DNA of 64,000 nucleotides from Lingula anatina (Eukaryota > Animalia > Brachiopoda), in contig CM120649.1 in the NCBI GenBank assembly GCA_051362555.1, forward strand, positions 15,452,567 through 15,516,566, given 5' to 3'. Numbering within the stretch: position 1 is the stretch's first letter; each line of letters opens with the position of its first letter. The position numbers and the translations under genes are program-made. A model generated the notes under the pieces. That model ran no database searches. It was not told where the DNA came from and worked only from the letters and a program-made list of their open reading frames with translations. This document shows, piece by piece, positions 1 to 17,482 of the stretch.

Positions 1-1114
1 TTGATAACCAGTGATCGTTCTATTGCCCTACAAATCTAAATATTTCACATAAAAAATGCTTAAAGGGTCATTCTGTTTTTAAACTCCGTCCCTCTAATAA
101 TGTTAATGGTTACTTGCATTACTTGTATTATCCACTTTTAGTTTTTTTAACAGTGATAATGATTTTATTCCACAAAAAAGCATGTTGTTGTGAAGACTCT
201 GGAGAATTGAATCAGATGCTAACTGCATGTTTGAGTAGGATTCTCAAGGCAACAAAACCCCAGCCTATTCACTTTAGCTTTCAATCTAAAAAGAAGATGT
301 AACTGAATTTCCAATTACCTCAATATTTAACTGTAATTGCCTTAACCTTAAGTTGTCTAGACAGTTTAAAGGCCAGCTTAATGACATAACAGAGGAAAAC
401 ACTGAAAATCTCCACACTGGAAAAAAATTAAATCTAAGTACAAAAAGCTTTCATTTTAAAAGGTCCACTTTTTCAGAAAAAGAGCCCCGTTTTATAAGCC
501 TGCTTGAACTACATTGGGCAATTTCACCAAAAGGTGAAGATGCATTTTAGTCATGTGAGTAGTGCATTTTGGGTAATATTTCAATATTAGGTTTGATGTA
601 ACAATTTTTCTTTCCATTTTATACAATGAAGGACCAATAAGTATGGAAAAAATTTTGCAGTTATGGAAAAGAAATATAAAACATCTTTGCAATTATTGTA
701 CAAAATTCTTGCATCATAAATCTTTTTATTTTTTTTGCGCCATTACAGACCCCATTAAAATTATCTCCAGTCAAAGTGGATTATGCTTTATAGCAGCAAT
801 ATCCCAGCATGCTGTCTGATAACAATTATATTTTAAATGGCAAGCACCTAACCAACTATACCTCGATTATGGTGGTATTGGGTGGGACCACAGATTTACT
901 AGTTTTGCGGTCTGTGTTGAGGTATTTTCGTTAGTCAGCTAGCTATAACCTACAGAGATAGGCAGGACCAACTTTGTTGGAAACACCCATTAAGCATTAA
1001 AGGGGTCTTACCTCAAAATTGTATCTAAATTTGTTTTACTGGCAACTTCAGGTTTTACTCCAGTCTTGGAAAAGGCTGGGCTCAGAAAAAATATTGAGAT
1101 AGATTTTAATATAT

Positions 1115-3975
1115 ACCCAGACAGCCTCAGTAATCTGGCCCACGTCTGGCCCAGATCTGGCAACGTCTGGCAATATCTGGGCCAGATTTTGCCAGACACT
1201 TGCCAGATCTGGGCCAAGTCTGGCAAAGTCTGGCATTTATGCCGCATTTTGCCAGACACTTGCCAGATCTGGGCCAAGTCTGGCAAAGTCTGGCATTTAT
1301 GCCACATTTTGCCAGATGCTGCCCAGACTTGGGCCAGATATGGTTCTTTCATTTTCAATTTTTATTTTCTATTTATTTATTTTTTATTGACCAGTGAGCT
1401 GAATGCATTGAACTGACATCATTTGATAAATTTTGATTTAATTTATCTCTCTCTCTTTTCTTCAAAGTCCCCTCATAAGTGTGCTATTTGTTTAATTTGA
1501 CTTGACATTTGAATGAATTCACTGTTCTAAAACTTTTTTGAACTACTCGTTCCACTGTTATAAGAATCCGCTTTTTATGCTAAGCCGGTCAAGGACCCGG
1601 ATGTAGCGTTTCTTAGAGTTATGGATATGAAAAAAGCACAAGCGTATCAGACTGATACAATTCGTTGAGTGATTTGATTCGTGATGCGATTTATTTCGAA
1701 GGCATCAACACTGGCGACGAGGATTAACACTAGTGCAAAACTGTGAGCCAACTTTCTTTGAAAAAAATGGAGGAAAAATGTGAAATTACGGAATTCGAAC
1801 CGTACAGAAGTCCGGAGACATTAGGGTCACGCTCGACGCGATGGCTAGACAGTTTTAACCTCTTCGCTGACGGAAAAGATTGATCTTTTCAAAACCAACG
1901 GACGGCATGAATAATGAACAAAGATAGAAAATTAAAAATACATGACAGAGGAGACGCGCGCTTGTGTTGTATTCAGCAGGGACAGGTGTACAAGATATTT
2001 TCAGGACTCTCCCAAACACAGGTTAGAAACATGAATATACATAAGGCAGTTAACGCTTTGAATGAAATTGGAACACCAGAAACTGTGAGTATGATGAAAC
2101 CGAAGTCATTTGACAAACCAAGCCAGTCTAAACATTACGAGTTTAGACATGAAAAACGAAGTAGAAACTCCCTGACTGAGAAAACATGGAACGTTGGATC
2201 ACTTTGCAAAAGTCTGCAAAACTGAAACTATTATGTAAATGTAAATGACAGCTTTGAACATGATAATCCAGGAGTGCATATACATTTGGTGTGGGAACCA
2301 ATGCAATATACACAGAAGACATGGAGGAAATAGAGGAGGTGTTAATCTCAGTGTATTACCAGATTCAGGTGCATATTGTAATATCATTGATGAAAATACA
2401 TGGAGAATGCTGAAATCCAAGAAAAATAAATGTGGCTCTTGTGGAAGACCAGAAAACAAACAGTATTATTCATACACGTGTGAGAAACCTTTAAAATTGA
2501 AGGGAACATTTGAATGTGACGTAAAAGCAAGCAAAGGAAGAGACCAGTAGTAGTGAAAGGACATGGGATTTGATACGAGTTGATTAGTTTTGAGAATTTT
2601 CAGTGTGGTTTAAGGAAAAAAAGTTGGAGTTCATATGCTATTCTGCAAATGTTTGAAAAGACATTTTAAAGACTGAACTGTCAATTAACATGTTTTGAAA
2701 GGACCGTTTCTCTCCAAGAAAGGAAGGGATGTTGTGTTTTGACTTGACATTTGAATGAACTTTTGTTAACTTGGTAGAGTTACTTGTTCCATTGTTGATT
2801 CCTTTAATAATTATAAGCTTGTCAAGGAGCCAGATGTATCATTTCTAAGTGTTATGGATATGAAAAAAGCGCACGCATTGCAAACTGGTTCAATTCATTG
2901 AGTGATTTGATTCGTGATGTGATTTAATTCAAAAGCATTGATACTGGGGTTTGTTTTGGTGCACATATAATTCTCTTTTAATTGTCCATCTATACCTGTG
3001 CTGGAGTATACATATATTTTTTTTTCAGAATTTACATGTATGTACAGTTCTGTAGCCAGCATGCAAGTTGAATTGAAACAGTTACTGCATGGTTATTTAT
3101 AATTTTGTTATAACTCTCCATCATCTAAAAAACAATGTTTTTTCATTCATTATTCAAGATTTATTCATTACAAAACTATATTCATTAGTGATTATTATTA
3201 TTAATGATATGTTTGAATTAGTTTAAAAATGACAATGTATAATATTATTTAGGTTGAGGTGTGCAAAAATATTTCCCCCTCAAACCCCTCCCCCCCCCCC
3301 CATGTACATGCATAATTAATTACAATTTTTGTAATTTGTGTTAATTCAGATTCGATGAGCAGCTTTGTGTTGAAAAAAAATTGTTATAACTGTTTTCTTT
3401 GCATGTATGTAAGTGACATTTCCTCCTGTTAAGTGTCTGTATATTTGCCTTTTTGCAGTGTAGTTTTTTTTTTTTTCAAACATACATTGTTTTGTACAAA
3501 AAGACAAGGAGTGACCCTTAATTTGTTACATGTTAGTTGCCAGCAGGGTTATATAATGTGTAATAATTTTGTTTAGGGTTTTAGCACAGAATAAATACTT
3601 GAATCTTGAATCTTGTATGTCTTTTTTATAGTAATCTTATTGAATAATTAAAAATGATTAAAAAAAAGAAAAAAAAACATTCTGGGCCATATGTGGTCCA
3701 TGTCTGGCCCTAATCTGGCCCATTTGAATATGATCTGGCCCACATCTGGCCCACATCTGGCATGCCATACATTTGCCAGATATTGCCAGATCTGGGCCGA
3801 CATCTGGCCATATGAGCAAATGTGGACTGGGCCAGATGTGGCAATGTCTGGGCCAGATCTGGCCCAAACATTGCCACATGTGGCAAGCCATACGTGGGCC
3901 ATACCTTTTGCCAGACATTGCCAGACGTTGCCAGATCTGGGCCAGACGTGGGCCAGATCACTGAGGCTGTCTGGG
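1115..3975. mobile_element. Non-autonomous TIR DNA transposon (CMC/EnSpm-like) with subterminal 11-bp repeat blocks
   Basis: TA|CCCAGACAGCCTCAGT... at ~1115 is the reverse complement of ...ACTGAGGCTGTCTGGG|TA at ~3975. Both ends carry 230-300 bp of TGCCAGATCTGG-type short repeats in inverted orientation. No transposase ORF. Superfamily call is inferred from the CCC...GGG termini and 2-bp flanks. Confidence 0.6.
1489..2943 (+). mobile_element. Internally deleted Ty3/Gypsy-like LTR retroelement
   Basis: Two ~215-bp direct repeats (~1489-1710 and 2730-2943). PBS-like TGGCGACGAGGA follows the 5' LTR (...TCAACA). Polypurine tract AAGAAAGGAAGGGA precedes the TG of the 3' LTR. Broken gag-like frames and an aspartic protease motif LPDSGAYCNII (ORF 2245-2550). 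No RT or integrase. Confidence 0.75.
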
Positions 3976-4129
3976 TAGCTTTCGTCAGGGATGGAGTACA
4001 TACATTTGAATCAGGAAGCTGTGTTCAGTGTTTCATTATGATTTTTCCCAAAATTTTCAAGGACTTTTGTCAACCCCCTCCCCCCTCCCCCAAAATAAAA
4101 GAAAAAGCAAGTATCACAACCTGAGTTAA

Positions 4130-9180
<5,051 letters not shown>

Positions 9181-9797
9181 AATGGAAAGGATGCTGTGAT
9201 GATAAAAGAATTATGTATTTATCTTTATTTAATTGTGTTGAATGTGGAGAAATAATGCCATCTTTAAATTGTGTTGTGTAAAAAAAATATATATAGTATA
9301 TAACATGTATTGTGATAAAGCATTGAAGTAATTATTGTTTACCTCATGCAAATTTACAACTGGAGTTCTTAAAAATAAGAATAACGATACCACTACAGTC
9401 ATTCTGCTTTGACATCGCCAATTGTCAGAGAAGATACATGGAGCAACTCATCACCTACAACTAGAATTGATTTTGATTGAAAAAATCTTATGTAATGAAT
9501 ATTTTCCTTGGCTTTGACTGAAATTGATATGAACATTACTCAACTCAAGTCTCCATAACTCTAACAATTAATTTTTCCAGTGGCAGAGTTTTACAGATTA
9601 TATTACTAGGAACTAACCGTACGTATCTTTTAAGATATCTAAAAACGTCAAATATTTGTTGTGATATTTAAAGGGTAAAGTGTAAATATTGAGAATATTT
9701 TAAAAAGAGACTGTGGTTAGCACTTTATATTGTCATGTTATCTGTTGTTAAAAGTGGTGGTTTTAAATTTGATAGATTTATGACATAAGTCTGCAAA

Positions 9798-10108
9798 CAC
9801 TAGTGGGCTAGATTTGGTCTTAAAGTGCAATTTAAGTTCACAAGTGATCTTACACGATCTTAATCATTACAGCAGTAGTCTTAAAATGGACTGAATCTGC
9901 TTTTAAGATCAAAAATGATCTAAAATCTACTTAAGTAGTCAAGCAGTTTCCTCCCCTCACAATGGGGGATACCTCCCCTCACAATAGGAGAATGTGTAAG
10001 GGGAGACAACTTAATTGGCTGTCAGACTGTTTTAAGATCATAATTTAATCATGTAAGACTATTTGTGTTCTTTAATTGCACTTTAAGACCAAATCAAGCC
10101 CACTAGTG
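9798..10108. mobile_element. CACTA-terminated MITE
   Basis: Starts CACTAGTGGGCTAGATTTGGTCTTAAAGTGCAATT and ends AATTGCACTTTAAGACCAAATCAAGCCCACTAGTG. Imperfect TIRs extend ~70 bp; AAA flanks both ends (3-bp TSD). Confidence 0.8.
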
Positions 10109-11420
10109 AAAGGCGTAGGTGTGCAGCTGTGTTCTCTCTTTCATGAAAATGCAGGGAAGGTTTCATTCAAGATCACACTAAGAAGAAAAAAAACAAAAAA
10201 GTTTTTCTTTAAGACCAAAATTTAAGTCTACTTGAGCTTAAGGACAAACCTAGTCCACTAAAATAAAGTGATCATATAGGTATTTAACAGGAGTCACAAT
10301 TCTCTTGTCATAAACCGTATGAAATATTTTTTTTAATTTGACTTCTACATAAAAATACAGTGTATTTTAGTTGAAAAGGGAATGTCACTTTCTCAAAAAT
10401 ACATAAAATGATTATTTCTAATTATTTGCAAGCATTTTATGTGCATTTTGATCATTTTCAGACCTGGGTTCTTTAATTCAAAAGGATTGTGAATTGCGAC
10501 TGAGCAGATGCGTCTCTATTCTGTAACTTGGCACTTACTCCCCCCATGTAATAAATAGCCTGAAATGAAAGGTGATATCGTAATTCGAGATGCTTTCGAG
10601 TTATGGAGCCCAGGTCCACACTATGTCTGATAATGTTCCAATATGCTAGATACATATGCTGAGAATAATACACATTGTCAACTAATTTTTTTGTACAAAT
10701 ATGAAAATAGTTGAAATTAAAAAACTTAAATTTTTTATTTTTGTTTTAAGTGAAAAAAGCAATTTTGTGGGTCTTTCATGTTAAATCTAGAAACTTTTTA
10801 TCAGATATTTTAATTTTATGTGATATTTAAGTGCCAAGCTTCAATCTTACTAAGTACGTCAGACAGCAAAGCTTGCAAATATACAGGTACCAAATAGCAG
10901 TATTTACATACAAGGCAGCAAAAGTTTTGGAAGGACAGTAGTATCAGTGTCAAAATTGATGGAAGAAGTAACATAGTAACTACTGACACACAACTGGAAA
11001 ATATCAATTTTTGGTGAAAGGAAGAAGTTACGGAAGTAGAATTTCCTTTAAGAAAACAAATCAGCCTTCCATTTAATGAACAGCACTTCAGCAGTAAATG
11101 TTATATTATATTACAATATCCCAATTGAAAAGTCGCAGCCTCCTGAGCCGTTTGGGGAATTAATATTATCACTGGTTGATATATGAAAAGCACAAATAAA
11201 CAGAAGTTTTGCCATTTTATGTACAAAAAACAAACAAACTATGAATAAAGTTATGCTTTTGGAAACAAACCATAATTGTGATCTCTTTACTCCATTCAGT
11301 GAAACATCTAGTTAATTGGGTTAGGTGAGCTACTCTGCTCTCCACCAGTTAAATGCGTTGGGTGAGCTACTCTGCTCTCAACCAGTTTATTGCATTAGGT
11401 GAGCTATGTATTTTCAAACA

Positions 11421-12551
11421 TCATACATCGCCAGCATTTGCAAAAACATTTCTAAACATTGCAACAGGATATATCTCAGGACGAACATCCTCACCCACAT
11501 TCTCTTCAAACTCCTTTTTGCAGTTATCCTCAAATTCACTTTTCACCAAGCCTTGTACGGCCCAAGTCTCTGGATACATTTCACGAGGTTTCTCACCTGT
11601 CTCAGTTTTAGACGGAACAAAATTGTTTTGTTTTAATCCACTAGGGTTTTCCATTATCCCTTGTGTATATCGTAAAATCTTTTCTTGGGTGTGACTTTTC
11701 TCATGCTGTTTAGCTTCCCATTTCCTAATAAATATCCTTTCACAGTATTGGCATTTAAACTTTTTTTCTATAACGTGAGTTATTTCATGTTGTTTAAATG
11801 CATATTTTGTAAAGAATGTCTCTTCACAATACTGACATTTAAAATATTTTTCTCCAGTGTGAGTTCTCTCATGCTCTTTACAGCTTTGTTTTGTACTGTA
11901 AATCTTCCCACAATACTGACATTTACAACGATTTGCTCCTGTGCGAGTCATTTCATGTCTTTTAAAATTGGCTTTCCTATAAAATCTCCTTTTACAGCAC
12001 TGACATTCAAATGATTTGTCTTCAGTGTGAGTCCTTTCATGAAGTTGCAAGTAAAATCTTGCAATGAACATCTTTTCACAAAAATGGCACTTAAATGTTT
12101 TTCCTCCTGTGTGTAGCCCCTCATGCCGTTTCTGACTGCACCTTACACTGAATCTTCTTTTACAGTACTGACATTCAAATGGTTTTTCTCCAGTATGAAT
12201 CCTCTCATGACTTTTTCGGGTGGCATTTGTTCTGAATGTCTTTTCACAATACTGGCATTTATATTGTTTTTCTTCAGTTTGAGTCTTCTCATGCACTTTA
12301 TAGTCACATTTTGCACTGAATGCCTTTTCAGAATCCTGGCATTTAAATTGGTTTTTCTCAGTGTGTGTTCTCTCATGATGTTTACAGACCCATTTTATAT
12401 TGAAAGCCTTTTCACAGTACTGGCATTTAAATATTTTTTTTCCTGTTTGAGTAATGTCATTTTGTCTACACCCATCTTTTTTATGATGCATCTTTTCCCT
12501 GTAATGACATTTACACAATTTTCTCACGGAAATTATTGTGGCTGCAACCAA
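11421..12551 (-). CDS. Tandem C2H2 (Kruppel-type) zinc-finger protein; 5' end appears degenerate
   Basis: About 9 CxxC..HxxxH units with TGEKP-like linkers, several with lost ligands (CQDS, HEKTQ, HEMTR). ORF-track start is TTG; first in-frame ATG ~12490. Upstream finger-like remnants are frameshifted, so a truncated gene or pseudogene is possible. Confidence 0.7.
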   Translation of the reverse strand: MVAATIISVRKLCKCHYREKMHHKKDGCRQNDITQTGKKIFKCQYCEKAFNIKWVCKHHERTHTEKNQFKCQDSEKAFSAKCDYKVHEKTQTEEKQYKCQYCEKTFRTNATRKSHERIHTGEKPFECQYCKRRFSVRCSQKRHEGLHTGGKTFKCHFCEKMFIARFYLQLHERTHTEDKSFECQCCKRRFYRKANFKRHEMTRTGANRCKCQYCGKIYSTKQSCKEHERTHTGEKYFKCQYCEETFFTKYAFKQHEITHVIEKKFKCQYCERIFIRKWEAKQHEKSHTQEKILRYTQGIMENPSGLKQNNFVPSKTETGEKPREMYPETWAVQGLVKSEFEDNCKKEFEENVGEDVRPEIYPVAMFRNVFANAGDV

Positions 12552-15500
12552 TTTTTTTTTCCTGTGCTTGCATTTAAATATTTTTCATCCCAGTCTGAGT
12601 GTTTTTTTTTTTTTAATTTCTATTTGGCTTCTTTCACGTGATTTTTTGTCGCTGTACTGATAATTACATTGTCTATCCCCTGTGTGAGTTCTTCCTTCTG
12701 GAGTGCACTACTGCCACTGACAGGATATCTTGTATCAAAGTACTGGCTCTTGTTTGGAGTTTCACCTTCACTCACGGCAAGTTTTCCTTCAGTCTTTTAC
12801 ACAATGTTCTAGCTAGTACCTGCATTCTTAAAAAAATATATATATATAATATATATATATGAGAATATAAGCATTTTAAACATTGATTAGAAGTCATAAG
12901 TTGCTTAGTTGTTAAGATGAAAGCATGAATGAAGTTTGGCTTAATATTACAAAGAAGACTATGTAAGGTTGACAAACAAGCATTGAACGATCGAAGTAAA
13001 ATACACAATATTAGCACAATACAACTGTATATTCTGAGTACTTAAATATATATGGCAATGTCTGAGAATTCAAAACTGCAAAAAAACATGCAAACTTCTT
13101 GAGATGATAAGTGTGCCAGACGACCCAATATGCTAAAAACGAATTTTAACAATTTGCAAATTTCAGTCGACGATATCATAATCGGTTACCTAGCAAAACG
13201 TTTCACTTTTATATCACGGACACCCTTGCTAGGTATATCACAATCTGCTAGGGGCGCTACAGTAGTAACTATCCAGGGGCAGTGAAATGTAAAACTGATA
13301 TCCGCCTGCTGACAGCTCGCCTATGGCATCCCTTTTTTAAATCTCTCTTTTAGCACCGTGTAAATAAACAAATACAAGCAGTGCACTCGGTAGGATTTTT
13401 CTAAGGGAGTACCGTACCCCTTGCCCAAAAAAAGAAGGGGTAATTTTCAAAATGAAGGGGTAAAATTAAAAAATGCTCATCAAGGTGTAATTTTGTGTAT
13501 TAATAATCATGCAATCACACAGTTCACTTTCATAACAATAACCCACTATCCTTTTATCCAAAATCTTTTATTATTGCAATTTAACAAAAAGAAAACAAAA
13601 ACAAAATGGACAGGTCACGCATAGGTCACGACTAGATACTGTGTTTCTTTGACTAGAGTAAAAGTAACTGGTGCTACCTAGTAAATGTAACAAAAGGAAA
13701 ACATTCCTCTTTTGGCTTGAAAACAAAAATCTCAAAATAAATATAATAATAACAATCTCAAAATAAAAGATCTCATTTTAAAAAATTTACAATCTATTCT
13801 TGACTGAGATTTAAAAATGCTCCTGGCCTAACTGCTTCCTTAGTAAAGTTTTTAAAAAAACTAGGTCAAACAAGCGCTCTGTAATAGTTGGGAGAGGGAG
13901 AGATAGAGAACGGCGCCAAAATGTCTGGACACTGACAAGTAGTCACCCAGTATCCGTCTCTGTCAAACAAGCATTTTTTAGTATACTATTTGAGAAGGGA
14001 CACAAAATTTACATATTTAGCCATTTTAATCAATCAAAATGTTCATACTTCTTACTCTTCCTAGTGTTTCTCCCTAAAATTGATGCCGACAAAAAGTAGG
14101 TCAAGTCGGGAACATTAGGCAGCCGTCGTTTTTAAGTTTTACTAAATTGTTTATAAAAATTAAACCTTTGCTTTCAATTTGTAAATAATTACTAGAAATA
14201 TTATTTCACAGTTTGTTGAAAGATAATTTTTATTTATGTTTGTTAGCGCAGCACTTCAAGTTCAACTGTTTTCTAAGCTGGCCAAATCTGGAGCTAGCCG
14301 GTTGCTGCAAACCACTTTGTTTCCAACCGGCAAATGACTGCCAATAATAAACGATCTATTTTGTCTGTGATAATAAATTTTACACTTCAAATTTTCCGGG
14401 CAAGTGAACAGCCGAAAGTCACTTGCGTTTCCGGGCAACTACCAGCTAAATTTTAGTTGCCCGGCTGATAAAACTAGTTGCGAAACGCAACCATCGCAAG
14501 TAGGTATGTCGGACTCTGAAATCTATTAGTAAATAACTTTGCCTACCTTGCATGACAAAACCTTTTAATTGACTGTTGTTTTTTTCCTTTGCTTTTCCTT
14601 TTTCTCGTCATTTTGTCACCACTGGTAATCAGCAGAGCTGGAAATTCCCTGTCGCCCGCTCGTCAAATGCGACTAAAAATTTATTCTGACGACTAAAACT
14701 ACAAAAGTCACAAGGGTTACTGGCCTAAAGTATTTGGTCTGGGCGAGTGATTTAAATTGGTCCTAAACGTATGGTTGCTCAATTAAAATGTTGAACAATT
14801 ATGTGAATAAAAAAACGATCATTTCATCGTTGTTCATACCTTGTTTATACTAAAGAGAGGCACACGTGCTTTGACCTAAAACTTGCATATTATGACCAAT
14901 CAGAGAAGATTACGTCATCCTCTGCGGGTCAGTGAAAGAAGAAGCATGTTTTAGTCGGGTAATTCAAATATCTTAAGAAAAAAATGAGACACTTGAGAAT
15001 CAATTATGACATTTTCAACATGAGTCTGACCGTCAACAGTCAGCGGACTGGTCAACTTCGCCGATCTTCAAAGCCAAAGGTGTGCGTATTCGTACGCGCT
15101 GGGGCTCCAGCCAATGCGTAAAAACAGCAAAACAACGCGTAATTACGCACTCTCATACGCTAACGAGTTTACTGCACAAGCCATTTACTAGATAAGGTGT
15201 AAATCAAAGAGTAAATTCCGGTAACGTGATTTTCCCGTGTTGCAGTCTTAGAGAACTTTGAGGACGTTTTTAAATTTTGCCTCGACAAAATGTTTAAAAA
15301 TTTCAGATAAGTAGTGCATGGAAGCTTTTGTAATTCATGCCGTGTAAAGTTCATGAAATTTGCAATATTATGCCGAAAAATCATGAAAATTGAACCATGC
15401 GAAGTATATAGTTTATTTGATGTGCAATATTTATAGTACATGATCTGCACGGAAGCCATCCCAGCCATGTGCTTGTACGGTCGCCAATTTGGGTTTGTTT

Positions 15501-17482
15501 CCGGGTCATTAGATTAACATACAGCCCTAATTGCCCTAATTGGCTACAGCTGAGTGATCACCGCTGTTCAGTAGTTACAGGTTTTTAGCTGAAGAGGGTG
15601 GACACTTTTGGTGAATTTTTGCAGTTAAAACACTTCGAATTCAATATCTTTGTTGCTTGTAGGAATATTTTAAAAATTCCAAAAGAATTCATCTGTTTTT
15701 TTGTATTACCTTTCAGAAGATATAAGTATAATAAATTTCTGATCAGTTTGAAAAAATTTCTGATATACCTATCCTTGCCGTTGCGAATGACTTCGTCCTG
15801 TTTATCGCATCCCGAGTCATTTTATCCTGTGTATTGCGCTATAATGAGTATTTTATTATTACTAGTTTATGGCCCAGCAGTAAAGCCCAAGCATTATACT
15901 CACCACATGCTGGCTGCCTTTTGATTTTACAAAGTTGGACAAAGTTCTATCACAGAAGTAGAAAGCTTTCTACAAAAAGTGGAAAAGGAATGACATTCGC
16001 TTCGAAACTGCTTTGTTCAGTTATATCCAGGACAAGCCGCATTCCAATTCCGTTATACAGCGGATAACGTTATGTACAGCACGCACTAATGACGTCCGGC
16101 CCTCATTAGCTGATTAGGGAACTAATTTATGGAATGAAACTGAACACTTAAAGAACAAGCGATAACTAAATAAAGAATTTAACACAAAGATGTATAAAAG
16201 CGTTTTTTTCACTTATCATCAAACACGAACTTAAAATTTACCCATTCAGCGACTCTTCATCTCCCCCGTAACTGGTAAATGTGGCGTATTTAAAATCAAA
16301 GGGTGAATTGGTCACACAAAAAGCCAACAAAACTGTACTACATAAAATAACACAAGGCTGATTATAAGTATTCTTTTATTTACATGAAAGTGCTCCTCCA
16401 TCTCATAATTTATTTTTTCCGTCTTGCCTATAGCGTATCGATATAGGACAGAGCTGCATACCGACTTATAAAAAAAAAAAATTCCAGTTACATTTCAAAG
16501 AAATAATTGTCATTGTAACTTTTGGTCTCAGTAGTTAAGCAGAGGAGCAAAATGCCTGACGTTTACTGAAGTAGCGGTCATATAAACAGTAAATTGCACG
16601 ATCTATTATCTTTATTAGTACGGCATACAAAGCCACGTGTGGCTCGTTTTTTTTCTCTGTAATAGAACACCAGACACTAGGGCCAGTAGTTGCGTCACGA
16701 ACTACACTTTTTTTTCTATAAAAATAAATCAATTTTCTTTCATATAATCTCCAGGCTCAACCAATTCCTTAAAATACTAAATAACAATAAAATTAATAAA
16801 TGAAATATAATAAAAATGACAAAACATTATTTTCAGTGGTTAAAAAAAAAGCTAGATTTGCAAATGTAGTTATAATTAGCTCTCCTACCAACTGTTCAGC
16901 TTGCAATTTCGACTCAGTTCTTTGTATATTCATGATGATGACATTCAATGAAACTGTATCTATAGATGGGTCATAAGCATCTATATATACTATCAATGTC
17001 CCGCACTTTCTGCTCTACTGAGACACATCATTGAGCCATCACTTATCAAGTACAGTAATAAAGAGGTCATGGCCTCTTCTAGGGATGAGGCTGCCAATTA
17101 GTGGAAAAAATCTTAAAATATGGCGTTGGGACCAGAACTACCCCCCCCCCCTCCCTCCTTATCGCAGATCTGCATCGATATCATATCAAAAATAATAGTT
17201 TGGGCTCCCAAAAATATTCAGAAAATTCTTTTCCTGCTCTCCTTGAAAACTTTGTAAACGTTCACTTTGGAATCTTCCTGAAGAACAACACTCTTAATCC
17301 ATTTACTACTTATACATCTGTCACTGGTCCCCCCAATGTCCAGCTCGCTTTATTCTTACATTTTTCTCATGCTTTTATCTCTGCTGCTTTCCAAATCTGT
17401 CATCCTTTCATTTTCTCTTTTTTTTCTTTTAAAGAATTCTTTCTTTCAAAAGAATTACGTTTCATTCCTCAATCTATTACTG

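Noticed and set aside
1008-1416. Overlapping ORFs with repeated LPDLAQIW/WARSG peptides (also 3648-4124)
   Set aside because: They are translations of the 11-bp subterminal repeats of a DNA element, open in several frames on both strands.
13200-16150. CpG-richer patches with short inverted motifs between the zinc-finger gene and DKC1
   Set aside because: Probably transposon fragments and/or the zinc-finger promoter, but I could not define termini, TSDs or coding remnants.
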